Shown: positions 48,192 through 61,500 of the stretch, in pieces | Numbering within the stretch: the first letter of the stretch is position 1 | Layout of the letters: each line of letters starts with the position of its first letter | NCBI GenBank assembly: GCA_051362555.1 | Contig: CM120645.1 | Location: forward strand, 17,484,001 to 17,548,000 | Direction: 5' to 3' | From: Lingula anatina | Lineage: Eukaryota > Animalia > Brachiopoda | DNA length: 64,000 bases | Translations under genes and position numbers: made by a program | Notes under the pieces: model-generated | What the model was told of the DNA's origin: nothing | Database searches by the model: none | Seen by the model: the letters and a program-made list of their open reading frames with translations, nothing else

Positions 48192-49187
48192 TACAGTGTC
48201 CTTCCCTTAATTTAAGAGGTATCCCTTCTCCCTTCCAAATTAACAAATCAAAATAAAAACAACAAATGAAAAGCGAAAAAAATGTACCTGAAACGAAACT
48301 AGACGAAATCCAGATAATGTATATTCGTTTCCTCACCCTGAAAACCCTGGCTTGGTCATTGAAAACGTGCCTAATGTCTTTTTTAGGTCCTGTTAATTTT
48401 ATACTAATTGGGCCCAAATGTTTTCATTCACTGACTTTCATTTCCGTGAATATTTCTGTTATCCGGGCGCCTGGTCCTTTCATATCGCATCTTACGTATT
48501 AATGCAAAGAAGTATGTTGTCATTAAACAGTGTCCATAGGGTAGAAAAGAATAGGAATGGCACAACAGTGTTTTGTTAACATAATTTCATGTGTTCCAGA
48601 ATAGCATGCTGTAAAGATATACACATACTGTTTCATCAAACTGTGTCGTGAATGTGATTTTCTTCGTTTATTTCAGTGGCTCCCAACTTCTGTTTACCGG
48701 GTGATTGGATGCGTCGCCGATTAAAAACATCAGATTCATGTTGGACATCGCCGGCGCCCATGCCAAGATTGTCTCGCTTGTTGAAGTTTGTCTTGTAGTT
48801 TATTTGCAGAGTTGACATTTGATATGAAATGTAATCTTTGCCTTGGATAGTAATATTCTGCATAAAATTTGTATAAAATAATTGTTGTACGCAGCAAGAA
48901 TTTTCAACGAAACTTCTGATCAGAGAAAAAAAAAAGAAATGAATGGCGTCGACCCTGCATGTCGCTGGTTATATATTATAGATTTGTTTCTAAATCGCAG
49001 TACAGTACTTTATCAGCTCATATCGTTTCAAGGTATTTTATTTATTATGTATATTTATTATTGTGTCGGAAGGAAGTACCCATCAATTCCAAAAAAAATA
49101 CGGTTCTTTTTGGACTTCACCTTTAACAAATTAATTTTAATGCAAAAAGTGTTTTGCTGAAATGATGGATGAAAACAAAAATGATAG

Positions 49188-49222
<35 letters not shown>

Positions 49223-51059
49223 GCGATTTTTAGGTAGAGTACTGCGCCAGCACTATTGATTTTCTCGTTGAAGGTAAAAATTGCGTGTGGGCAAATCTTC
49301 AGTTAGTCACTTAACTGTGCATTTGAAGATATTTTAAATATTTATTTTGAATTGAATTGAATTCTGAGATTCCGATAAGAAAACTATCAACTTCATTGCA
49401 TGAAACTTTTGAGACACAAACGGTTTCATACAGTGACCGTTAAGTTTGAGAAAAGAACAAGTTGTTAATTAAAAATAACTTACAAACACTGTTCTTTCAA
49501 GTTATAATGCTTTGGAAATTATAGCGTTATGAAAATGATAAAATTTGTCCACGTGATTGCAGAATTGCCCATGTATAAGAAACGATCCTTTTTTTAATTG
49601 CGGACATGCGTTTGTGAAGCATTTTAAGAATGAACTTACTTTGGTTTCGGTGTTTTGATATTTTGTCTGATCAGTAACAGATACACATGTACTGTGCTGG
49701 GAGGGGTCTAAAACAATGTTAACAAAATGAAACCAGGAGAGAAATAGGGATTTTCACGAAATTACTCCGCATTCGTTATCGCAGTAGGGGGAATATATGT
49801 TACCAACGTGATAAAAATTGCCTCTTCTTGGGGCCACCCAAATTTATCAGCATTGCATGAGCTCCTTTGTGTGTTGTTTGACTTTTTGGCAATATCGCAA
49901 AGCAGAAATGTAAGTGCTCTCCTGGAAAAACTTCTTTGTTCATATGCATGAAAATATCTATTATTAATTGATATTTCTTTGGTTGTGATTGAGGGGTGAT
50001 TGAGAGAAAAAGGTCTGATTAGATGCCAGTCCCGCGCGTCCTGTTGGGGTATTTTTGCTAAGTGTTTCTTGATCACTGAGCACCGGATACCAGAGTAAGG
50101 GTGTTAGCATTTATGGATTAATGAATTTTAAGTCACCGTTTTTGTTTCTGCGTAATCTTTTCAGTTTTGTTTGTATATTTTTCTTAAATGTCATGACTAG
50201 AATAAGCTTTGAAATTGACCATGTCTTTAAGCTGTTCCTGATTCGCACGTGTGCAAATTTAAGTTTTCGCTCAAATTCGTGCCATTAACCTACCAATATT
50301 AAGGATGTAATGAAATGAAAACAAAATAACGTTAAACACTCGATTCTTAAAATGACTATTTTGGTCTACCTTTTTCTGTGCGAGAATCAGCATGACGGCA
50401 TAGAACAAGGTGTGCGTGAGTGCGAGAGCACGTGAGACGCCTATGTGAGATTATATGCATTTTGGAATTTCGATATCATTCACACCACTGAAATTGGACA
50501 CTTTGCTCCTCAATGGAATTAGTAATCAATTATTATCGTCAACTTTGAACAAAATTTGACAAGTACGATATTATTTCAATTTATCTTCCAGTCCTGGTCA
50601 ATTTTTTTATATGAATTTTGTTTTAGTAAGAGTTATGTCGAAATTCTCTTTTATATACATAGATAGAATTTGTTGTTTGAGCTGCAATTTCCAAAGTGCA
50701 TAAAATCCTTCATATGTGTTAGTTAGTTTACTATCAGGTAGACTTCTTGTATATTTTTTGTAACAGCATAATTTATAGAATTTTTTAGAAATTTGACGCT
50801 ATTGAATGGGTTGCTATCAACGTAGAAAAAACGTAACTTCACGTATTTTGTTTTGTATAAAACTTTGTTGAAATTACTTGGAATTTGTTGAAACAATAAA
50901 TAATAAAAATAATGTACAGATATTTGTATGTTGAATTTCCTTTCATTTTTCACCTTCTTTCCCCTTTAACTCTCGTTCTGCAGTGCACGTCTTACCTATA
51001 GAGCCTCTTGTATTAGTTTACCTTGTTTATTTGAATAATTTTTGCAAAAGGTAATTTGC

Positions 51060-51390
51060 TGGGACCCAGGAGCGCCAGGTTTCGAACTTGGGACTTTTTG
51101 ACTCAGAGGCAAACGCGTTACCTACTCCTCTAACTGTTCCCACCCACCCTCCTCTGGAAGACTTTCCTCTTATAGTAACCAAAGGGAAATTTCTGTAAAG
51201 CCCCTTGAAAAGTATTAAATGATTTACAAGTACCCGAACCAAGAAACGAACCCAAACCCGAGGGGTGCCACTGAGTCAATAAAATTATTATAGTAACTTA
51301 AGTAAACTTCTAAAAAAATCGTAATACATTAAAGAAATTTTAGAAACGTAAGCCAAGTTTGAAGCCCAACCCCAGGTTGCCGCTGAGAAT
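51060..51390 (-). mobile_element. tRNA-derived SINE-like heads (paralog of 16015-16222)
   Basis: Minus strand TTAGAGGAGTAGGTAACGCG...AAGTTCGAAACCTGG (B-box) plus two degenerate CTCAG(T/C)GG units. Confidence 0.55.
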
Positions 51391-53314
51391 CGCAACCGTC
51401 ACAGAAATAACTAAGACATTTTGTATATTTGGAAAGTCTTTATTTAGTGCCAAATATGTATGTATTAATTATATCTAAGTATTTCATTGAAAAACTACCA
51501 AGTTTAAGAACACTTAAATCACTACTTAGTCACTTTGAATGTAAGACATGCATGTAAGACAAAGTTATATCTCAAATGTGTAACATAACAAATGTATTAC
51601 ATTTCACCAATAAACGGTCAACTTAACTACTCGTTTATGGTTTGGTGTTATCAATATCTACAAGCATTTCTAAAAAATTAGAACAAATTTGAGAAATTGA
51701 CAGTAATTAAAAAGATATAAAGCAGTTCATCAATTATTAAACAAAATGTGTGCGTCACTGACTAATAAGATCAATAACTTGTGACTATTGCTATAAATAC
51801 ACGATGTATTTGATTTATTATTACCATAGCATAAAACATGGAAAAAAGAACATATCATGAAAATCGCTGTCGGAAAAAATATATCAGTAAACTGTTTAAC
51901 TTCCAAATGATCATTCTAAACACTCACTTTTGCCATATGAAAAAATTGTAAAATTGAGCTTTTTAAGCTTTTCTGGACAATCAAAAGTTTCCATATTTAT
52001 GGTATTTATAACGTCAAGTCACCACTCGTTACCTTGCTGGTACTTTCGCCCTAAAAAGTTCGGAAACATTGTTACTTTGAAAAGTTATAAAATAACCATA
52101 TTTAGTCCCGGTAAATATTTTAACCAAATATTGTTGGTTAATGAACCACAATTTGTTAATCTTTATTTGCACAGGAAATTTTCCCAACACATTACATTTT
52201 TTTATTATTATTGAAAAACAATTTCACGTTTCCGAACTTTCTTGGTCGCGTGTATCATAACCAACAATCTCCCAGGGCCGCTGATTTCATGTGCACTTTT
52301 CTCTGACGCATGCAGGTCAGAAAATTCCCATCGTTTAACTAGAAACATATCTGTGAAAACGTGTATCTAGTGAAGAATCAATCTGTGGCCCTGGTAGAGG
52401 GTAATCATTATTGTATTTAACATTTAACAAAGGACACGACGGCAAACTTGAAGGTCTTACGAGAATAGAGCACGTCACACAAAGATCTGTACGTGTAGCT
52501 ATAATTAAACTTATATATTCAACGGACTGAAATAGTACAACTGGACTAGTGAAATCGTTTTTAGAAATGGAAGTCTTATACAGTGTACCTACTGTCTGTT
52601 ATGCTTTTATTTCGACCTCCAACCGCTTACTACAAATATTTACAGGAAAATAGGAATTTAAATGGGAGATTCCACAGCATTTCCCCTTTTTTGTCTGCTT
52701 CTAGTAAATATACTCCTGGTACGTCTTCAACTGACGATACTTTTTCTACTAACGAAGTCCGAAATAGTTTTCATTTCCATAGGACGTGATAAGGTGAAGT
52801 TATGGAGGAAGCAAAATGTTGTGGAGGAAACACTGGGGAATGGCCAAACCATTTTTATGCATGCAGGCGTCACAATACTTCTTATAAAATTAATTACAAA
52901 TATGTGAACATTAAATCCCTAACACTGATACATTGAAACGTTATACCGAATTGGTTGAAACATAAATATTCGTATACTTAGTTTCCACACCGCCTCGCAT
53001 CCACTCCCTGATCACGTAAGGTGTAACAACTCTTCCCAGAGAGTAGGTTCAATTTGCTTTATGGGGGAGGGGCTAAAGCTTTTCTGTCCAACCCTCACTC
53101 TTATCTGACAAGCAAAACTTGATTAAAAATTAACTAAAATCAAATGCATATATATGTATATATAGTGCATTTGTGTTAAATATATTCCCAAAAAGAAACC
53201 AGAAGAAAACAGCCAAAATGAAATAATGTAATGAGGTCAATGGCGATTCTAAAATGGTTCACTGCTTTTATCTGAACAGTTTTCGCCATGTTTGACAAAC
53301 TGGGCAGTACTATA

Positions 53315-53328
53315 ACGCCACCTGGAGG
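53315..53328 (-). promoter_or_regulatory. CTCF-type motif CCTCCAGGTGGCGT
   Basis: Near-consensus match; paralogous to 18361-18374. Confidence 0.5.
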
Positions 53329-54599
53329 AAAATATGATCGTGTCTGTTGCAATAAGGACCTGTCACATTATGATATCAACATACTACATGTAGCTGTATA
53401 TGACATCTACGTCTTTGTATGTCCACACATGAATCTACATGTATGAACGGATGTATGTGAGCAAAAATCTAATAAGGTTGGTTTTTTAACGTTAGACCTA
53501 CATCTGTGTTTCAGTCTAGAAAGAGCAACTTGATTATGACTGAGGTAAGCTTATCTGTTGACTGTGTGTAATTGAAGTGAATTTTTGAGAAGTGAAAACT
53601 AGACTTAAAAGACTGGCAACTTCCGATGATAAAAACAGTTAAACATTAATAATAATGACATATCAAGTCCAATGTTTGTGACTGTATAAATCTGAGATAA
53701 GCTTATCAGTTGATTGTGTATCACGAAAAAGATTTTTTGGACAACATATTTTATTATTACATTTAAAAACTGGCAAATCACATGGCTTACAATAGTTAAA
53801 AAAATAAATAAAATATATAAAATAATAATAATAATAATCTTTATTGGAGAATCACAACCCGAAGGTTGAAGTTATACAATTATGTTATACAATTATATAT
53901 GAATATTCAAGTCAAAGTCAAAATTAAGCATTAATAATTTTGACAAATCTAGTCCATTATTTGTGATACTTGTACAAATGCTGCTTAACAGCAACAGAAA
54001 TGTGATAACTCATCAGTTACACTGTGTGATTACTGATGACTGTGTAACGGCATATTTTTAAAACATTTTAAAAGAGTGAAACTTACATTTAAAAAACTGC
54101 TAAATTCAACAGATTAAAATAGGTAAACGTTAATAACTGTGCGAGATGTAGGCCCTACTGTCATGTTTGTAAAACTTGTACAACTGTGGCTTAATTAGCA
54201 ACTGAAATAATCTAAAATAAGCTGATCAGTTAACTGTATGTAATGAAAGTAATATTTAGGACAACATATTTGAGAAAACTGATAACATCTATAAAAAACT
54301 GGCAAATTCCATGGATAAAAATAGTTTTAAAAATCTAGTCCAATGTTTGTGAAATGTATACCACTTAGGTGAAAAAAAAAAAAGCAAGTTAATCTGCTAC
54401 GTGTAATTAAAGTGTTTTTTTTTCACAATTCATTTGAGAAAGGTGAAAACCAGCTGGAGTAAGCACATTTTTATAGAAACAAAAAAGGGAAACCACCTTA
54501 CTGTAAGTGTTGTGCTTGACAAAATACGGTAAACAACAGTTCTCAATTTTTTGAAGAATACATATATTACAATTCATAACAAATTGTGGGGAGAATTAA

Positions 54600-55200
54600 T
54601 GTTCAAATTCAAGGTTGCAAAAAGAATGAGGATATAGGACTTCCCATCCAAGTTCAATTGTATATATCAGAGCTTGGAAATTTGAAAAGTGCGCTTCATG
54701 GCTAAAAGTAGGTCAAGGGTCAAATTCAAGGCCACAGGAAGACTGTCAACGTACGAGTTCTTATTCAAGTTCGGTAGTATCTGTGGGCATGCCAGTTTTG
54801 GAGACATAAGGGACAGAAAATTTGCAAAGTTCAGTTCATAGTAAAAAGGAGGTCTAGGGTCAAGTTCAAGGTCACAGTTAGATTGCCAATGTATGACTAT
54901 GGGCATATCTCTGCCAGTTTTGGATATATATTGATGGAAAACTTGCAAAGTTCAGTTCACGGTGAAAAGTGGGCAAAGTAAATTTCAAGGTCATATATTG
55001 CCAGTATATTACTTCGTGTTCAAGTTTAATAGCAACTTTGGGCATGTATCTGGCAGTTTTGTAAATATAAGGGACAGAGAGTTGTAAAGTTCAGTTCAAA
55101 TTGAAAATTAGGTCAAAGGACAATCTCAAGGTGACAGATTGCAAGTATATGACTTCCTATTGAAGGTCTATAGTAACTATGGGGGGTACCTCTAATTTTG
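54600..55200. repeat. Degenerate tandem repeats with (GG)TCAAGGTCA motifs interrupting the satellite
   Basis: Recurrent GCAAAGTTCAGTTCA..GGTCAA..TCAAGGTCAC and GGGCAT..GCCAGTTTTGGA units. Confidence 0.6.
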
Positions 55201-55304
55201 GAGTTATTTCACATTTTATTTTCACCAATGGATATTGCAACATTGTACTTTCTGATATGGTGCAACTTGTATACCATATGGAAAACAAAAACAGACACCA
55301 TCCC

Positions 55305-55500
55305 CAGTGTTGTGCTTGACAAGATCTATAAAATGCACTAAACAAAAGGTTTCTAGCATTTATGGTTCCAGGATTAGAGTTTGCAGTTAAGAAATCTGGC
55401 TGCAGTGTTGTGCTTGACAAGATCTATAAAATGCACTAAACAAAAGGTTTCTAGCATTTATGGTTCCAGGATTAGAGTTTGCAGTTAAGAAATCTGGCTG
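55305..55500. repeat. Perfect 98-bp tandem duplication
   Basis: CAGTGTTGTGCTTGACAAGATC...AAATCTGGCTG at 55305 and 55403. Confidence 0.9.
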
Positions 55501-58500
55501 CTTCTCCCATAAAAATGCACCAACTGACCCCAAACTCACGAAGATGAAAGATAACCCTAAGGGTAATACCTGCCCATAATATTATAGGATAGGTCTGTGT
55601 AGATTCAGAAAATCAGCATGAATGAAAAAAAATTTTAAAGAAAATTTTGGCCCATTTAACCTTAAATGGGCATATTTCAAATCCCACACACCACTTTCAG
55701 TCATCCATAGAAACTTTTCCTGCAATGCCTTTAGTTTGGGAGATATTTTGCATTTCATTTTGCAAATTTTGGACAAGGGTGCAATGTGACGAACACCACA
55801 CCTACACCCCAGCACCACGTACCCAAAATTCACATGGATCAAGTTGAGATTATATCTGACCTACATACAAGAGATGGATACATGGTCTCTTATAGTTTAA
55901 GAGGAGAAGCAGTAACAGTGACGTGGTGGCAGAGAACAATGTGCAATAAGACTTAAAATGTATCAAAATTACCATCATGAATATAATTAAATATTAACAA
56001 TTTTGTCAATTATATTTTATTTCTTTTTAATTTTGAAAAAATGACATTTGACAACTGCAGATATCTGTGATAAGCTTATCAGTTGACTGTGTGTAACAGA
56101 AGTGCAGCTTATTGGCAATTTATATGAGAAGAGTGAGAATTATTGAAAACAAATATTTTAATACGCCAATATATCATATATATCATTCAATATATCATTC
56201 AGTCTCCAAAGAAACATCAAATGTGATCATTTGTTTGCTTGTGTAGAGGTGACAAATTGTCCAGAAATGTGACCTAGAAAACAACATATACCCATTCAAG
56301 ACTTCTTCTTACTACCAATACCAGGTGCAGATTCCTCCTTACAATCAGTTTCTGGAATAGGGTTTAGCACACCATTTGACAAAATATATTTGAAAAAAGT
56401 GTAAATTAAATATTAAAAAGTGATAAATTTCCCAGATTAAAATAGTTAAACATAAATACTTTTGAAAAAGTTTAGCTAAATAGATGACAACATTGAAAAA
56501 AATGCCAAATTCGATAACTTAAAATAGTTAAACATTAATAATGTTGGCAAATCTACTTCAATATTTGTGAAATTTGTACAAATCATGCTTAACATCTAAA
56601 AAATCTGTGAAAAGCACATCAGTTGACAATGTCAAATGAAAAAGATTTTTTCAGAACATATATTTTTGAGAAAACTGAAAATGACATTGAAAAGACTGCC
56701 AAATTCCATGACTTAAAATAGTTAAACATTAATAATTTTGTCAAATCTGGTCCAATCTTTGTGAAATTTAAACAAATGATGCATAACAACAATAATAACC
56801 TCATCAGTTGACTGGGTCCAATGCAGAAGATTTTTTAAGACAATATAATTGAGAAAAATGAATATAACATTAAAAAGACTGGCAATTTTCATGGTATAAA
56901 ATAGTTAAATGTTAATAGTTTTGACAAATCTAGTCCAATATTTTTGAAATTTGTACAAATGATGCTTAAAATCTGAAAAACTATCAGTTGACTGTGTCTA
57001 ATGAAAAAGATTTTTCAGAGCATATAAATGTGAGAAAACTGAAAATGACATTTAAAAGACTGCCAAATTCCATGGCTTAAAATAGTTAAACGTTAATAAT
57101 TTTCACAAATCTTGTCTAATATTTGTGAAATTTGGATAGATGATGCATAACAAGAATAAAAATCTATGATAAGCTCATCAGTTGAATGTGACTCATGAAA
57201 AACATTTTTCAGAGCATATAAATGTGAAAAAACTGAAAATGACATTACAAAGACTACAAAATTCCATGGCTTAAAATAGTTAAACGTTAATAATTTTCAC
57301 AAATCTTGTCTAATATTTGTGAAATTTGGATAGATGATGCATAACAACAATAAAAATCTGTGATAAGCTCTTCAGTTGACTGTGTCTCATAAAAAATATT
57401 TTTTTGGACAATAAAATTGAGAAAACAGAAAATGACATTGAAAAGACTGCAAAATGCGGTGCCTTAAAATAGTTAAACGTTAATAATTTTCACAAATCTT
57501 GTTCAAGATTTGGGAAATTTGGACAGATGATGCATAACAATAATAAAAATCTGTAATAAGCTCATCAGTTGACTATGTCTCATCAAAAGCATTTTTCAGA
57601 GCATATAAATGTGAGAAAACTGAAAATGACATTGAAAAGACTGCCAAATTCCATGTCTTAAATTAGTTAAACGTTAATAATTTTCACAAATCTTGTCTTA
57701 TATTTGTGAAATTTGGATAGATGATGCATAACAATAATAAAAATCTGTGATAAGCTCATCAGTTGACTGCGTCTCATGAAAAACATTTTTTAAAACATAT
57801 AAATGTGAGAAAACTGAAAATGACATTGAAAAGACTGCAAAATTCCATGGCTTAAAATAGTTAAATGTTAATAATTTTCACAAATCTTGTCTAATATTTG
57901 TGAAATTTGGATAGATGATGCATAACAACAATAAAAATCTGTGATGAGCTCATCAGTTGACTGTGTCTCATGAAAAAGATTTTTTTTGGACAATTAATTT
58001 GAGAAAACTGAAAATAACACTGAAACGACTGCCAAATTCCATGGCTTAAAATAGTTAAACGTTAATAATTTTCACAAATCTTGTTCAAGATTTGTGAAAT
58101 TTGGACAGATGATGCATAACAATAATAAAAATCTGTAATAAGCTCATCAGTTGACTATGTCTCATGAAAAACATTTTTCAGAGCATATAAATGTGAGAAA
58201 ACTAAAAATGACATTGAAAAGACTGCCAAATTCCATGGCTTAAAATAGTTAAACGTTAATAATTTTCACAAATCTTGTCTAATTTTTGTGAAATTTGGAC
58301 AAATGATGTATAACAACAATACAAATCTGTGATAATATGTGATAAGCTCATCAGTTGACTGTGTCTCATTTAAAAGATTTTTTTGGACAATAAATTTGAG
58401 AAAATTGAAAATGACACTGAGAAGACTGCAAAATGCGGTGCCTTAAAATAGTTAAACGTTAATAATTTTCACAAAACTTTTTCAATATTTGTGAAAGTTG

Positions 58501-61500
58501 GAGAGATGATGCTTAACAATAACAAAAATCTGTGATAAGCTTAACAGTTGACAGTGTGTGATAGAATTGTAGTTGATTGACATTTTGTATGCGAAGATTG
58601 AGAATTATCTACAATATTTCTTTTTCAATTTCACAACATCTAATTAGACTCACATTAAACATCAAATATTATGATTTGAGTTTGTTTGTGTAAGAGGTGA
58701 CAAATTACCCACAATTGTCCTCTGGAAAAGAATATATACCCATTTAAGACATCTCCTTACTACCAATACCAGATGCAGATTCCTCCTTACAATCGGTTTC
58801 TGGAATAGGGTTTAGCACACCATTTGACAATGTCCTAAAGCTTGCCATATACCATCTATTGTACACATGGATGAGACATAGCATTGCTCTTGCTGTTGTC
58901 TTTTGCTGTCTGTTTTTTCTATAGGAATTAGCCCTGACCAGACAGGAAGAATCAGTTCACCAAAAAAGCCATCACGCTGTATGGAAAAGGTCACCTGGAA
59001 AAAGAACAATATGTTTGATAAAAGTGAAAATTAAATTCTAAAAATTGACAAATTTCCCACACTTAAATATTTGAACAATAATTTTGATTAACTTAACCTA
59101 AACAGTTGACTATGTCTAATAAAAAGGACATTTTCAGAACATATTAATTTGAGAAATACTGAAAATGACATTGAAAAGACTGCCAAATTCCATGGCTTGA
59201 AATAGTTAAACGTTAATAATTTTCACAAATCTTGTCCAATATTTGTGAAATTTGGACAGATGATACATAACAATAATAAAAATCAGTGATAAGCTCATCA
59301 GTTGACTGCGTCTCATGAAAAACATTTTTAAAGCATATAAATGTGAGAAAACTGAAAATGACATTGAAAAGACTGCCAAATTCCATGGCTTGAAATAGTT
59401 AAACGTTAATAATTTTCACAAATCTTGTCTAATATTTGTGAAATTTGGACAGATGATGCATAACAACGATAAAAATCTGTGATAAGCTCATCAGTTGACT
59501 GTGTCTCATGAAAAAGATTTTTTTGGACAATTAATTTGAGAAAACTGAAAATAACACTGAAACGACTGCCAAATTCCATGGCTTAAAGTAGTTAAACGTT
59601 AATAATTTTCACAAATCTTGTCTTATATTTGTGAAATTTGGATAGATGATGCATAACAACAATAAAAATCTGTGATAAGCTCATCAAATGACTGTGTCTC
59701 ATAAAAAATATTTTTTTGGACAATAAAATTGAGAAAACAGAAAATGACATTGAAAAGACTGCAAAATGCGGTGCCTTAAAATAGTTAAACGTTAATAATT
59801 TTCACAAATCTTGTCTAATTTTTGTGAAATTTGGATAGATGATGTATAACAACAATACAAATCTGTGATAAGCTCATCAGTTGACTGTGTCTCATTTAAA
59901 AGATTTTTTTTGACAATAAATTTGAGAAAATTGAAAATGACACTGAGAAAACTGCAAAATGCGGTGCCTTAAAATAGTTAAACGTTAATAATTTTCACAA
60001 AACTTTTTCAATATTTGTGAAAGTTGGAGAGATGATGCTTAACAATAACAAAAATCTGTGATAAGCTTAACAGTTGACAGTGTGTGATAGAATTGTAGTT
60101 GATTGACATTTTGTATGTGAAGAGTAAGAATTATCTACAATTTTTTTTTTTCAATTTCACAACATCTAATTAGACTCACATTAAACATCAAATATTATGA
60201 TTTGAGTTTGTTTGTGTAAGAGGTGACAAATTACCCACAATTGTCCTCTGGAAAAGAATATATACCCATTTAAGACATCTCCTTACTACCAATACCAGAT
60301 GCAGATTCCTCCTTACAATCGGTTTCTGGAATAGGGTTTAGCACACCATTTGACAATGTCCTAAAGCTTGCCATATACCATCTATTGTACACATGGATGA
60401 GACATAGCATTGCTCTTGCTGTTGTCTTTTGCTGTCTGTTTTTTCTATAGGAATTAGCCCTGACCAGACAGGAAGAATCAGTTCACCAAAAAAGCCATCA
60501 CGCTGTATGGAAAAGGTCACCTGGAAAAAGAACAATATGTTTGATAAAAGTGAAAATTAAATTCTAAAAATTGACAAATTTCCCACACTTAAATATTTGA
60601 ACAATAATTTTGATTAACTTAACCTAAACAGTTGACTATGTCTAATAAAAAGTACATTTTCAGAACATATTAATTTGAGAAATACTGAAAATGACATTGA
60701 AAAGACTGCCAAATTCCATGGCTTGAAATAGTTAAATGTTAATAATTTTCACAAATCTTGTCCAATATTTGTGAAATTTGGACAGATGATACATAACAAT
60801 AATAAAAATCAGTGATAAGCTCATCAGTTGACTGCGTCTCATGAAAAACATTTTTTAAAGCATATAAATGTGAGAAAACTGAAAATGACATTGAAAAGAC
60901 TGCCAAATTCCATGGCTTGAAATAGTTAAACGTTAATAATTTTCACAAATCTTGTCTAATATTTGTGAAATTTGGACAGATGATGCATAACAACGATAAA
61001 AATCTGTGATAAGCTCATCAGTTGACTGTGTCTCATGAAAAAGATTTTTTTGGACAATTAATTTGAGAAAACTGAAAATAACACTGAAACGACTGCCAAA
61101 TTCCTTGGCTTAAAGTAGTTAAACGTTAATAATTTTCACAAATCTTGTCTTATATTTGTGAAATTTGGATAGATGATGCATAACAACAATAAAAATCTAT
61201 GATAAGCTCATCAAATGACTGTGTCTCATAAAAAATATTTTTTTGGACAATAAAATTGAGAAAACAGAAAATGACATTGAAAAGACTGCAAAATGCGGTG
61301 CCTTAAAATAGTTAAACGTTAATAATTTTCACAAATCTTGTCTAATTTTTGTGAAATTTGGATAGATGATGTATAACAACAATACAAATCTGTGATAACC
61401 TCATCAGTTGACTGTGTCTCATTTAAAAGATTTTTTTGGACAATAAATTTGAGAAAATTGAAAATGACACTGAGAAAACTGCAAAATGCGGTGCCTTAAA

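Larger units (their letters stand above)
47140..53350 (+). repeat. Old segmental duplication, copy B (paralog of 12015-18400)
   Basis: Same collinear blocks as copy A, with independent insertions. Confidence 0.85.

Noticed and set aside
47944-48417. 157-aa Pro-rich minus-strand ORF
   Set aside because: Translation of the G-rich minisatellite complement.
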